From an uncultured Bacteroidota bacterium (GTDB lineage: Bacteria > Bacteroidota > Bacteroidia > Chitinophagales > Chitinophagaceae), in assembly GCA_903865435.1 (NCBI GenBank), contig CAIPJS010000072.1, forward strand, positions 21,695 through 85,694: a stretch of 64,000 bases of DNA. The letters run 5' to 3'. Positions within the stretch are counted from its first letter, which is position 1, and every line of letters starts with the position of its first letter. The position numbers and the translations under genes were made by a program. The notes below the pieces were generated by a model that made no database searches, was not told the origin of the DNA, and saw nothing but the letters and a program-made list of their open reading frames with translations. Positions 27,591-36,047 of the stretch are shown piece after piece.

Positions 27591-27935
27591 TTACAAATTT
27601 TTTAGAATCTCATCCATTTTAAAAACATAATCCAAAGTATCGTCTAAATAAAAATGCAATACAGGAATACGTCTTAATTGATGCTTCATGGTATCAGAAA
27701 GATGCTTTTTGATTTCCCATGCCTGCGTTTGTATTTTCTTAAAACACTCATTGGTATCTTTTACCTGAAATAGGCTGATGTATATTCTGGCTTCCAATAA
27801 ATCGGGGGTTACTTTTACAGATGAGATCGAAATCATGCCTCCTTGCAAATTGGTAAGGCCCAATTTTAAAAATATATCGTTCAGGGCTGTTTGAATGGCC
27901 CCGGCCACCTGTTTTTGTCTTTTTCCTTCTTCCAT
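27591..27935 (-). CDS. rbfA: Ribosome-binding factor A
   Basis: RQKQVAGAIQTALNDIF and ..TPDLLEARIYIS.. fit the RbfA KH-like fold pattern. I chose the ATG at 27935; the track TTG is at 27941. Confidence 0.8.
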   Translation of the reverse strand: MEEGKRQKQVAGAIQTALNDIFLKLGLTNLQGGMISISSVKVTPDLLEARIYISLFQVKDTNECFKKIQTQAWEIKKHLSDTMKHQLRRIPVLHFYLDDTLDYVFKMDEILKNL

Positions 27936-27970
27936 AATCAAAATCGTTGATTCGTTGTAAAATTAGTTAC

Positions 27971-28000
27971 TTTGCTGATTATTCTGCGGGAATAATTTTG
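27971..28000 (+). promoter_or_regulatory. Candidate promoter of the ABC exporter: -33 TTTG, 18-nt spacer, -7 TAATTTTG; the box ends 3 nt before the ATG
   Basis: TTTG at 27971-27974 and TAATTTTG at 27993-28000, with the ATG at 28004. Confidence 0.4.
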
Positions 28001-28003
28001 AAT

Positions 28004-29827
28004 ATGAAGAAATTTATTCGCATCATAAGTTATATCAGAGAATACAAGGCCTATATGGCTTGGTACAGCCTATTTATTACCTTATCTATTGTATTTGGCT
28101 TGTTTTCCTTAGGGATGTTGATGCCCTTTATGGACCTTATTTTTGGGAGCAGCGATTTAACTGGCGCCATCAAAACAGCAAGCGTTGCTGGAAGCACAAG
28201 TAATATAAAAGACATCGTATATGGATTTCTTCAAAATAGCATTGCCGAACATGGTAAAGTAAATGCCTTGGGTTGGATATGTATAGCCATTATAATTACC
28301 ATTTTTTTAAAAAATACATTTCTATACTTGTCCTATTATTTTTTGGCACCCATCAGAAATGCGGTCACCAGAAAATACTCCAGACTCTTGTATGAAAAAA
28401 TATTACAATTGCCAATTGGTTATTTTACCGAACAACGCAAGGGGGATATTTTAAGTAGATCCTCTAACGATATTACTGAATTAGAAAATTCTGTGATTGG
28501 TGCACTAGAAGGTTTGATTAAAGAACCTTTGAATATTTTAGGAATATTGATTTTCTTATTCATCATTAGTGTAAAGCTTACTTTATTTGTTTTTATACTT
28601 TTGCCACTTGCTGGATTGATTGTGGGTCGCATTGGAAGAAGCTTAAAAAAACATACCAATAAAGCACAGGTAAAATGGGGTGAAATTTTAAGCCAGATGG
28701 AGGAAACTTTAACAGGCTTAAGAATCATCAAAGCCTTTAATGCAGAAGGCAGGGTGAAAAAACAATTTTTTGCCCTGGTAGATGAAATTTTTCATATCAA
28801 AAATAAAATACTCAACAGACGCGATTTGGCTTCCCCTGTTTCTGAAACCTTGGGCGTGATAATTTTATGTGGTGTGTTGTGGTTTGGAGGTAAACTGGTT
28901 TTGAGTGGAGAAATACTTTCAGGTAGTTCTTTTATTGCTTATGTAGCCTTGTTTTCTCAAATCATCAATCCTGCGAAAGCCTTGTCCCAAGCTGCTTACA
29001 ACGTTACAAGAGGAAATGCTACTTTGGACAGATTGAATGAAATTTTAGAAGCCCCATTGACAGTTGAAGAAAATAAACATTTAATTATTTTAGATACATT
29101 TAAAACATCTATAGAATTTAACCATGTTCAATTTTTATATCAGGACACGAGCATTTTAAAAGACATTAATCTGACCATAGAAAAAGGGAAGTCAGTGGCC
29201 TTGGTGGGATCATCAGGTGCAGGCAAAAGTACCTTGGCCGATTTAGTTCCGCGTTTTCATGATGTGAGTGCAGGTAATTTATTGATTGATGGAAAAAATA
29301 TTAAGGAATATAGTTTACATAGCTTGAGAAATTTAATCAGCATTGTAACGCAAGAACCAATTTTATTCAATGATACCATTGCTGCGAATATAGCCTTGGG
29401 CAAACCAGATGCAACGGAGGCTGAAATTATTGAAGCTGCAAAAATTGCCAATGCTTATGAATTTATTATTAAAAAAGAAGGTGGCTTTCAAAGCATGATT
29501 GGTGACAGAGGTAGCAAACTAAGTGGTGGAGAGCGTCAACGTTTAACCATTGCCCGTGCGGTTTTAAAGAACCCTCCTATTTTAATTTTAGATGAAGCCA
29601 CTTCGGCTCTAGATACCGAAAGTGAAAAACTAGTACAAGAAGCCATCAACAACATGATGCAAAATAGAACTTCGATTGTGATTGCACATAGACTGTCTAC
29701 CATCAGGCATGCAGATGAAATTATCGTTTTACAAAAAGGCAATATTGTGGAAAGAGGTAATCATGATGCTTTACTTGCACAAAATGGATATTACCGCAAG
29801 TTGATTGATATGCAAGAAGTAAAATAA
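28004..29827 (+). CDS. ABC exporter, fused permease/ATPase (MsbA-like)
   Basis: Six-TM ABC transmembrane domain followed by Walker A GSSGAGKST, signature LSGGERQR and Walker B ILILDEATSALD. I chose the ATG at 28004 (MKKFIRII..); the track start at 27947 is TTG. Confidence 0.85.
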   Translation: MKKFIRIISYIREYKAYMAWYSLFITLSIVFGLFSLGMLMPFMDLIFGSSDLTGAIKTASVAGSTSNIKDIVYGFLQNSIAEHGKVNALGWICIAIIITIFLKNTFLYLSYYFLAPIRNAVTRKYSRLLYEKILQLPIGYFTEQRKGDILSRSSNDITELENSVIGALEGLIKEPLNILGILIFLFIISVKLTLFVFILLPLAGLIVGRIGRSLKKHTNKAQVKWGEILSQMEETLTGLRIIKAFNAEGRVKKQFFALVDEIFHIKNKILNRRDLASPVSETLGVIILCGVLWFGGKLVLSGEILSGSSFIAYVALFSQIINPAKALSQAAYNVTRGNATLDRLNEILEAPLTVEENKHLIILDTFKTSIEFNHVQFLYQDTSILKDINLTIEKGKSVALVGSSGAGKSTLADLVPRFHDVSAGNLLIDGKNIKEYSLHSLRNLISIVTQEPILFNDTIAANIALGKPDATEAEIIEAAKIANAYEFIIKKEGGFQSMIGDRGSKLSGGERQRLTIARAVLKNPPILILDEATSALDTESEKLVQEAINNMMQNRTSIVIAHRLSTIRHADEIIVLQKGNIVERGNHDALLAQNGYYRKLIDMQEVK

Positions 29828-29876
29828 AAAGTGGCCGTAGTAACTGATGTATTGAAAACTTTTAAATAATACTTAC

Positions 29877-29907
29877 AAAAAACCCCGGTTGTTATACCAG
29901 GGTTTTT
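29877..29907. terminator. Rho-independent terminator between the convergent ABC exporter and dksA-like genes
   Basis: aaaaaaccccggt-tgttat-accagggttttt: an imperfect GC stem with A and T runs on either side. Confidence 0.6.
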
Positions 29908-29929
29908 CTCTATCTTTTAAATAATCTTA

Positions 29930-30910
29930 TTATTGCTCACTGCTATTTCTTACATAGCCTAACTTAGCTTCTAAACTTAATGTAGCATGAGGTACCGCAC
30001 GCAAACGTGCTTTGTCAATTAAGCGACCTGTAACTCTACAAATACCATAAGTTTTATTTTGGATACGCATTAAGGCTTTTTCTAAATGATCAATGAAAGT
30101 TATTTGACGACTGGCCATTTGACCTAATTGTTCTCTTTCCATACTGACACTGCCATCTTCCATGGTCATATATCTAGCATCATCATTGTCTCCGCCTAAC
30201 TCATCTTTGCGGGTAATCAATCCTTGTAAATAAACCAATTCCTTTTTTGCTGCTTCTAATTTATTAGTAATTAAATCTTTGAATTCTTTTAATTCTGCAT
30301 CTGAGTATTTTACTAAAGTATCGGTTGATCTTTCTACTTCTTTTCTTTTTTCCATTGGAACATACCCTGGTTGATAAGGCACACTACTTTTTGCTACAAT
30401 TTTTGGAACCTTTATATCTTTGATGGGTTCTGCTACTTTACGCACAGGCTTCACTGGAGGTGTTGGAATTTTAGGAACCGGCTTTGCAGGTGGAACGTAT
30501 TTTTCAACAGGCTTTGCAGCTACTGGTGCTTTAATGGGTGCTTTAACAGGAACAGATGGTTTTGCACTTCCTTTAACAGGAACTGCTTTTTTAATAGGGG
30601 CTTTAATGGGGGTTGCTTTTTTTATAGGTGTTATAACTGGAACGGCTTTTTTAACTGGCGCAACTTTTTTAGGGACTACCTTTTTTACTGGGGCCGCTTT
30701 TTTTGCTGTTACTACTTTTTTTGCTGGTGCGGCTTTTTTAGGCGCTGCTTTCTTAGCAGGAACTACCTTTTTAGGAGCTACTTTTTTTGCAGGTGCAGCT
30801 TTTTTAGGAGCGGCTTTTTTAGGCGCTGCTTTCTTAGCAGGAGCTGCCTTTTTTGCAGGTGCTGCCTTTTTAGGCGCTGCTTTTTTTGGAGCTGGTTTTT
30901 TTGTAGCCAT
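29930..30910 (-). CDS. TraR/DksA family protein with a Lys/Ala/Pro-rich (histone H1-like) N-terminal extension of about 185 aa
   Basis: The C-terminal 130 aa (YSDAELKEFKDLI.., IQNKTYGICRVTGRLIDKARLRAVPHATLSLEAK) match the Bacteroidota DksA/TraR pattern. The N-terminus is built of repeats such as KKAAPKKAAPAKK. The ATG lies 2 nt after the ileS stop. Confidence 0.8.
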   Translation of the reverse strand: MATKKPAPKKAAPKKAAPAKKAAPAKKAAPKKAAPKKAAPAKKVAPKKVVPAKKAAPKKAAPAKKVVTAKKAAPVKKVVPKKVAPVKKAVPVITPIKKATPIKAPIKKAVPVKGSAKPSVPVKAPIKAPVAAKPVEKYVPPAKPVPKIPTPPVKPVRKVAEPIKDIKVPKIVAKSSVPYQPGYVPMEKRKEVERSTDTLVKYSDAELKEFKDLITNKLEAAKKELVYLQGLITRKDELGGDNDDARYMTMEDGSVSMEREQLGQMASRQITFIDHLEKALMRIQNKTYGICRVTGRLIDKARLRAVPHATLSLEAKLGYVRNSSEQ

Positions 30911-30912
30911 AA

Positions 30913-33900
30913 TTATCCTTTTTGTCTAACTGAAATCCTTAATTTATGCTCATCTATCTCAACTTCTACCGCCTCTTTTAATGCAGGGACCCAGTCAATT
31001 TGGTGAGCAAGAATTTCGCGGCAAATATAACCCGAAAATTGAATAATGGAGTCCTTCAACTCTGTATTCTCCTCAATTTCAAGCAAAATCTTATCTGTTA
31101 GGTCAAAATTCGACTCTTTTCTGATGTTTTGGACCCTATTTACCAGCTCACGGGCATGTCCTTCCTTCAATAACTCGGGGCTAATGGTAATATCCAAGGC
31201 CACCGTAAGCGCATTTTTGACAGCCACGCTCCAGCCAGGTATATCTTCGGCTATTATATCTACTTCACTGATTAACAATTGAATAGTATCATTTTCTATG
31301 TTTAAGTCCAAATTACCGTCTTTTTCCAAACTACTAATTTGTGCCTGTGTTAAATTGGCAATCACTGCCGAAGCCTGTTTCATCTTAGTTCCCAACTTGG
31401 CGCCCAATAATTTGAAATTTGCTTTCACCTTTTTACTAATTACCCCCTCTGTCTCAGTGATATAATTAATTTCTTTAACGTTAACCTCTGCTAAGATTAA
31501 TTCCTCCATTAATTCAATCGCCGATTTCATTGAAGGATCCAAAACGGGTATTAATATTTTTTGTAATGGCTGACGCACTTTGATATTGACTTTTTTTCGA
31601 ATAGATAAAACCAATGAACAGATATCTTGCGCCATTTGCATTCTTGTTTCCAAAGCAAGATCCATTTTTGATTTATCTGCTTTTGGAAATTCGATATGAT
31701 GAATGGAGGTAGCATTGTATTTTTTGGTGATGCCATTTAAATTTCTAAAAACTTGATCACAGAAAAAAGGTGCAATAGGTGCCATCAATCTAGCTATGGT
31801 TTCGATACATTCATACAATGTTTGATATGCAGCAATTTTATCTTGCGTATAGGTGCCTTTCCAAAAACGTCTGCGACACAATCTTACATACCAATTGCTT
31901 AAATGTTCGTCTACAAAAGTTTCTATGGCCCTGCCTGCAGTGGTGGGCTCAAAATCATCCATGGCATTCGTCACGGTTTGAATTAAAGTATGCAAAGAAG
32001 AAATGATCCAACGATCAATTTCGGGTCTTTCATTTAAAGCAATAGGCGCTTGTTCAAAATGAAAATTATCTACATTGGCATACAAGACAAAAAATTGATA
32101 CGTATTGTATAAAGTACCAAAGAATTTTCTTTGAACTTCTTGAATGCCTGCTAAATCGAATTTTAGATTGTCCCAAGGTGAAGCATTGGTCACTAAGTAC
32201 CAACGCGTCGCATCAGCACCATATTTTTCAATGGTTTCAAACGGATTCACCACATTACCCAATCGCTTACTCATCTTATTTCCATTCTTATCCAAGACCA
32301 ACCCATTGCTCATAACTGCTTTATACGCAACACTATCAAATAACAATACACCCAACGTGTGTAAAGTATAAAACCAACCTCGGGTTTGATCTACCCCTTC
32401 ACAAATAAAATCGGCAGGGAAAGCTTGTCCCTTGTCAATCAAATCTTTGTTTTCAAAAGGATAATGCCATTGTGCATAAGGCATGGCGCCCGAATCAAAC
32501 CATACATCCACTAAATCAGAAACACGCTTCATAGGCTTACCCGAGGCACTTAAGATTTCTATTTGATCTACAAATGGTTTGTGTAAATCAACCTCTAGTT
32601 TACCGTCAATGATTTTTAAATTAACTTCTTTATTGAATCCATTTTCTTTTGCAGCAGTATAAGCTTTTGTCAATTCGACTATAGATCCAATACACATTTC
32701 CTCCGTTCCATCCTCAGATCTCCAAATTGGAAGTGGGGTTCCCCAATACCTACTTCTAGATAAATTCCAATCCACCATATTCTCAAGCCAGTTGCCAAAA
32801 CGCCCTTCGCCAGTGCTTTTGGGCTTCCAATTAATGGTCTTATTTAATTCCACCATTCTGTCTTTGACAGCCGTAGTTTTTATAAACCAAGCATCTAATG
32901 GATAATATAAAATAGGCTTATCGGTTCTCCAACAATGCGGATAACTGTGCTCGTATTTCTCCACTTTAAATGCACGATTTTCTTTTTTCAATTGTACAGC
33001 AATATCAACATTCACATCCTGATACGCTTTTTCGTCTTTGTAATTTTTTACATAACGGCCGCTGTATGCGCCTACACCCTCTACAAATTTTCCTGCTCTA
33101 TCTACCAAAGTAATGATGCCTAAATTATTTTTTTGGCCCACCTTGTAATCGTCTGCACCAAAAGCAGGAGATGTATGCACCATACCTGTTCCGTCTTCTG
33201 TAGTTACAAAATCACCCAATACTATTTTGAAAGGATCTCCTTCAAAAGTTTTTGGATCATTGGCTTCAAATGGCATTAACTGCTCGTATCGCAATCCATT
33301 CAACTCGGTTCCTTTGCATGTTGCAATAATTTTCCAAGGAACAATTTTATCGCCTTCTGCAAAAGTTTCCAATGCTGCACCTTCTTCTTTAAAATATTTT
33401 CCTAGTAAGGCTTTTGCCAAAATAACATTGACAGGAATGGCCGTATATGGATTGTACGTTGCCACTAAAACATATTCAATATTCGGACCAACAGTTAAAC
33501 CTAAATTAGAAGGCAAAGTCCATGGCGTGGTCGTCCAAGCCATATAAAATATTTCTTCTGATTTAGTATTAGCTGCTTTTACTGCGTCAAATAAAAATTG
33601 ACTCGCACTACTTTGCACAGCTTTAAACATAGCAACTGCTGATGTATCTTTTACCTCTTTGTACGTACCAGGTTGATTCAGTTCATGCGAACTCAATCCA
33701 GTACCTGCTGCAGGCGAATAAGGTTGTATGCTCACACTCTGATACAAATACCCTTTTTTATACAACTCACTTAAGATCCACCAAAGGGTTTCAATATAAT
33801 TGTTTTCAAAAGTGATATAAGGATTGTTTAAATCTACCCAATAGCCCATTTTATTGGTAATGTCGTCCCATTCTTTTTTATAACGAAGGACTGCTTCTCT

Positions 33901-34266
33901 ACATTTTTTATTGTAATCTTCTACACTTATCTTTTTACCAATATCTTCCTTCGTAATGCCCAATTCTTTTTCCACTCCTAACTCCACAGGCAAACCATGG
34001 GTATCCCATCCGCCTTTTCTTTTTACTTGAAACCCTTGCATGGTTTTGTACCTACAAACCATGTCTTTTAAAGTTCTTGAAATTACATGATGTATTCCAG
34101 GCATTCCATTGGCACTGGGTGGTCCTTCATAAAATACAAAAGGCTTATTACCTTCTCTAAAAGCAACAGATTGCTCAAAGGCTTGCTCTGATTTCCAGGC
34201 AGCTAAAATCTCTGCCTCAATTGCGGGAAGATTTAGTCCATTTAATTCGGGGTACTTGTTATTCAT
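30913..34266 (-). CDS. ileS: Isoleucine--tRNA ligase (long form)
   Basis: 1117 aa with PPSANGMPGIHHV (HIGH), KMSKRLGN (KMSKS) and a CP1 editing-domain insertion. Confidence 0.93.
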   Translation of the reverse strand: MNNKYPELNGLNLPAIEAEILAAWKSEQAFEQSVAFREGNKPFVFYEGPPSANGMPGIHHVISRTLKDMVCRYKTMQGFQVKRKGGWDTHGLPVELGVEKELGITKEDIGKKISVEDYNKKCREAVLRYKKEWDDITNKMGYWVDLNNPYITFENNYIETLWWILSELYKKGYLYQSVSIQPYSPAAGTGLSSHELNQPGTYKEVKDTSAVAMFKAVQSSASQFLFDAVKAANTKSEEIFYMAWTTTPWTLPSNLGLTVGPNIEYVLVATYNPYTAIPVNVILAKALLGKYFKEEGAALETFAEGDKIVPWKIIATCKGTELNGLRYEQLMPFEANDPKTFEGDPFKIVLGDFVTTEDGTGMVHTSPAFGADDYKVGQKNNLGIITLVDRAGKFVEGVGAYSGRYVKNYKDEKAYQDVNVDIAVQLKKENRAFKVEKYEHSYPHCWRTDKPILYYPLDAWFIKTTAVKDRMVELNKTINWKPKSTGEGRFGNWLENMVDWNLSRSRYWGTPLPIWRSEDGTEEMCIGSIVELTKAYTAAKENGFNKEVNLKIIDGKLEVDLHKPFVDQIEILSASGKPMKRVSDLVDVWFDSGAMPYAQWHYPFENKDLIDKGQAFPADFICEGVDQTRGWFYTLHTLGVLLFDSVAYKAVMSNGLVLDKNGNKMSKRLGNVVNPFETIEKYGADATRWYLVTNASPWDNLKFDLAGIQEVQRKFFGTLYNTYQFFVLYANVDNFHFEQAPIALNERPEIDRWIISSLHTLIQTVTNAMDDFEPTTAGRAIETFVDEHLSNWYVRLCRRRFWKGTYTQDKIAAYQTLYECIETIARLMAPIAPFFCDQVFRNLNGITKKYNATSIHHIEFPKADKSKMDLALETRMQMAQDICSLVLSIRKKVNIKVRQPLQKILIPVLDPSMKSAIELMEELILAEVNVKEINYITETEGVISKKVKANFKLLGAKLGTKMKQASAVIANLTQAQISSLEKDGNLDLNIENDTIQLLISEVDIIAEDIPGWSVAVKNALTVALDITISPELLKEGHARELVNRVQNIRKESNFDLTDKILLEIEENTELKDSIIQFSGYICREILAHQIDWVPALKEAVEVEIDEHKLRISVRQKG

Positions 34267-34361
34267 ACAATGCTTGTCCTAGCTCATTTTTAGGGCACGA
34301 AGGTACGAATAAGCTTGTAAAAAAAGCCAGCCCAATTTTGGGGCGAATGGTTGTATGAAAT

Positions 34362-35015
34362 TTAACTAGGAACCTCTTCGGAATGGGAGGGTATAATGGG
34401 GTCCTCTTCCTTAAAAAACTTCTTTTGAAACAAGAACAATACAATCACCCCTGTACTAATAGATGCATCTGCAAAATTAAAAACAGGACGGAAAAACTCA
34501 AACTCTTCCCCTCCCCATATTGGAAACCAGCTAGGAAAATGTCCATTTCTAATGATTGGAAAATAAAACATATCTACCACCCTTCCATGTAAAAAGGAGG
34601 CATAGCCACCACCACTTGGAAATAAATGAGCAACCATGCTGGTATAAGGATAGCTTGCATCAAAGAGGAGTCCATAAAACATACTGTCCACTAAATTACC
34701 TACAGCACCTGCATAAATTAATGCTGCACAAAGAATAAAACCATTGTGGTACTTCTGTTGGATAAATCCCTTAATTAGAAAAGTGCCCCATATAACTGCA
34801 CCCAATCTAAATAAGGTTAAAATTATTTTACCATAACCGCCCCCAAATTTCAATCCCCAGGCCATGCCTTCATTTTCTACAAAATGCAACCTAGCCCAAT
34901 TGCCTATAAAGGCATGCTCTTCCCCTATAAAATAATTTAGCTTAATATAAAATTTAATGGCTTGATCTATAAAAATGATCAATGCGATAAAGGCTGCTAC
35001 TTTTTTTCCGTTCAT
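34362..35015 (-). CDS. lspA: Lipoprotein signal peptidase (signal peptidase II)
   Basis: Four TM helices, with GNLVDSMFYG and FNFADASISTGVIVLF (catalytic Asp motifs). Confidence 0.85.
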   Translation of the reverse strand: MNGKKVAAFIALIIFIDQAIKFYIKLNYFIGEEHAFIGNWARLHFVENEGMAWGLKFGGGYGKIILTLFRLGAVIWGTFLIKGFIQQKYHNGFILCAALIYAGAVGNLVDSMFYGLLFDASYPYTSMVAHLFPSGGGYASFLHGRVVDMFYFPIIRNGHFPSWFPIWGGEEFEFFRPVFNFADASISTGVIVLFLFQKKFFKEEDPIIPSHSEEVPS

Positions 35016-35038
35016 AGAGGATGATGTTTAATAATGGT

Positions 35039-35046
35039 CAAATATA
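35039..35046 (-). promoter_or_regulatory. Candidate -7 box TATATTTG for lspA
   Basis: Matches TAnnTTTG on the minus strand, 23 nt upstream of the ATG at 35015, in the terC-lspA spacer. Confidence 0.3.
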
Positions 35047-35054
35047 AGAATGTT

Positions 35055-36023
35055 TTAATGCGCCCCATTCGAATTGGCTTTTGTTAACTTTTTCTTATTG
35101 GTAAAAATAGAATAAAGAATAGAGCCCGAAATGCAAAAAATGATAAACATTAAGGAAACAAGCACTTGGGTGTTTTTATCCATCCATAAATTGATATAAT
35201 GCTCTCCAAGCATTTTTAGTCCAATAAAAATAAGTACAATGGCGATGCCTTGTTGAAGATGCTCAAATTGATTTACCGCACCTCTTAATAAAAAGAACAA
35301 GGAGCGTAATCCAAGTATCGCAAAAATATTAGATGTATATATGACCAAACTACTTCGAGAAATGCCCATTACTGCAGGGATGGAGTCCAATGCAAATACC
35401 AAATCAATAACAGCAAGCAATACCACCACTACAAATAAACTCGTATACAAAGGCTTATTGTTATGGTCTCTAATTACAAATTTCCCATCTCCATCCGTAT
35501 GGCCAATAGGTAAATATTTTTTAAGAAATAAATACACTTTAGAGGTATGTGGATCAAATTGACTTTCTTCTCCTGCTACGAACATTTGATAGCCTGTATA
35601 CAATAAGAAAACCCCAAAAATATATAAAATCCATGAAAATTGAGCGACCAAGGCAACCCCAGCAGTAATGAAAAGTACTCTTAATACAATTGCAGTTAAT
35701 ATACCAATCAACAAAACGCGGGGGATATTTTTTTCCTTCACTTTAAAAGCACTAAAGATCAATATAAAAACAAAAATATTGTCAATGCTCAAACTCCACT
35801 CCATTAAATACCCACTTAAATATTCCAGACCTAGTTTTTGTCCTTCTTCTATCCACATAAAAATAAAAAAAACAAAAGCCAGTAATACCCAGAAGAAAGT
35901 TTGTCGCAAGGCCTGCGCTATTGAAATGACTGCATTTTTTTTACTTAAAAATCCTAAATCAAGAATTAATGCTATTGTAATTACACCTCCAAAAACTATA
36001 TATACCAATTGATCTGTCGTCAT
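35055..36023 (-). CDS. TerC family integral membrane protein
   Basis: 322 aa, polytopic, with EWSLSIDNIFVF and ALDSIPAV motifs typical of the TerC/Alx family. Confidence 0.8.
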   Translation of the reverse strand: MTTDQLVYIVFGGVITIALILDLGFLSKKNAVISIAQALRQTFFWVLLAFVFFIFMWIEEGQKLGLEYLSGYLMEWSLSIDNIFVFILIFSAFKVKEKNIPRVLLIGILTAIVLRVLFITAGVALVAQFSWILYIFGVFLLYTGYQMFVAGEESQFDPHTSKVYLFLKKYLPIGHTDGDGKFVIRDHNNKPLYTSLFVVVVLLAVIDLVFALDSIPAVMGISRSSLVIYTSNIFAILGLRSLFFLLRGAVNQFEHLQQGIAIVLIFIGLKMLGEHYINLWMDKNTQVLVSLMFIIFCISGSILYSIFTNKKKLTKANSNGAH

Positions 36024-36047
36024 AATATAAAGTTAACACATCCTTTG

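Noticed and set aside
30371-31006. 211-aa and 169-aa plus-strand ORFs (30371-31006, 30420-30929)
   Set aside because: They are antisense to the Lys/Ala/Pro repeat region of the dksA-like gene. Their Phe/Gly/Ala/Cys-rich repeats are simply the complement of the AAG/GCN/CCN repeats, and stop-free frames are expected in such repeats.
34267-34361. Possible terminator after lspA (gccc-caaaatt-gggc followed by tggcttttttt on the minus strand) and regulatory leader for ileS
   Set aside because: The stem is only 4 bp and is separated from the T-run, and there is no recognisable promoter box or attenuator. The evidence is too weak to call.
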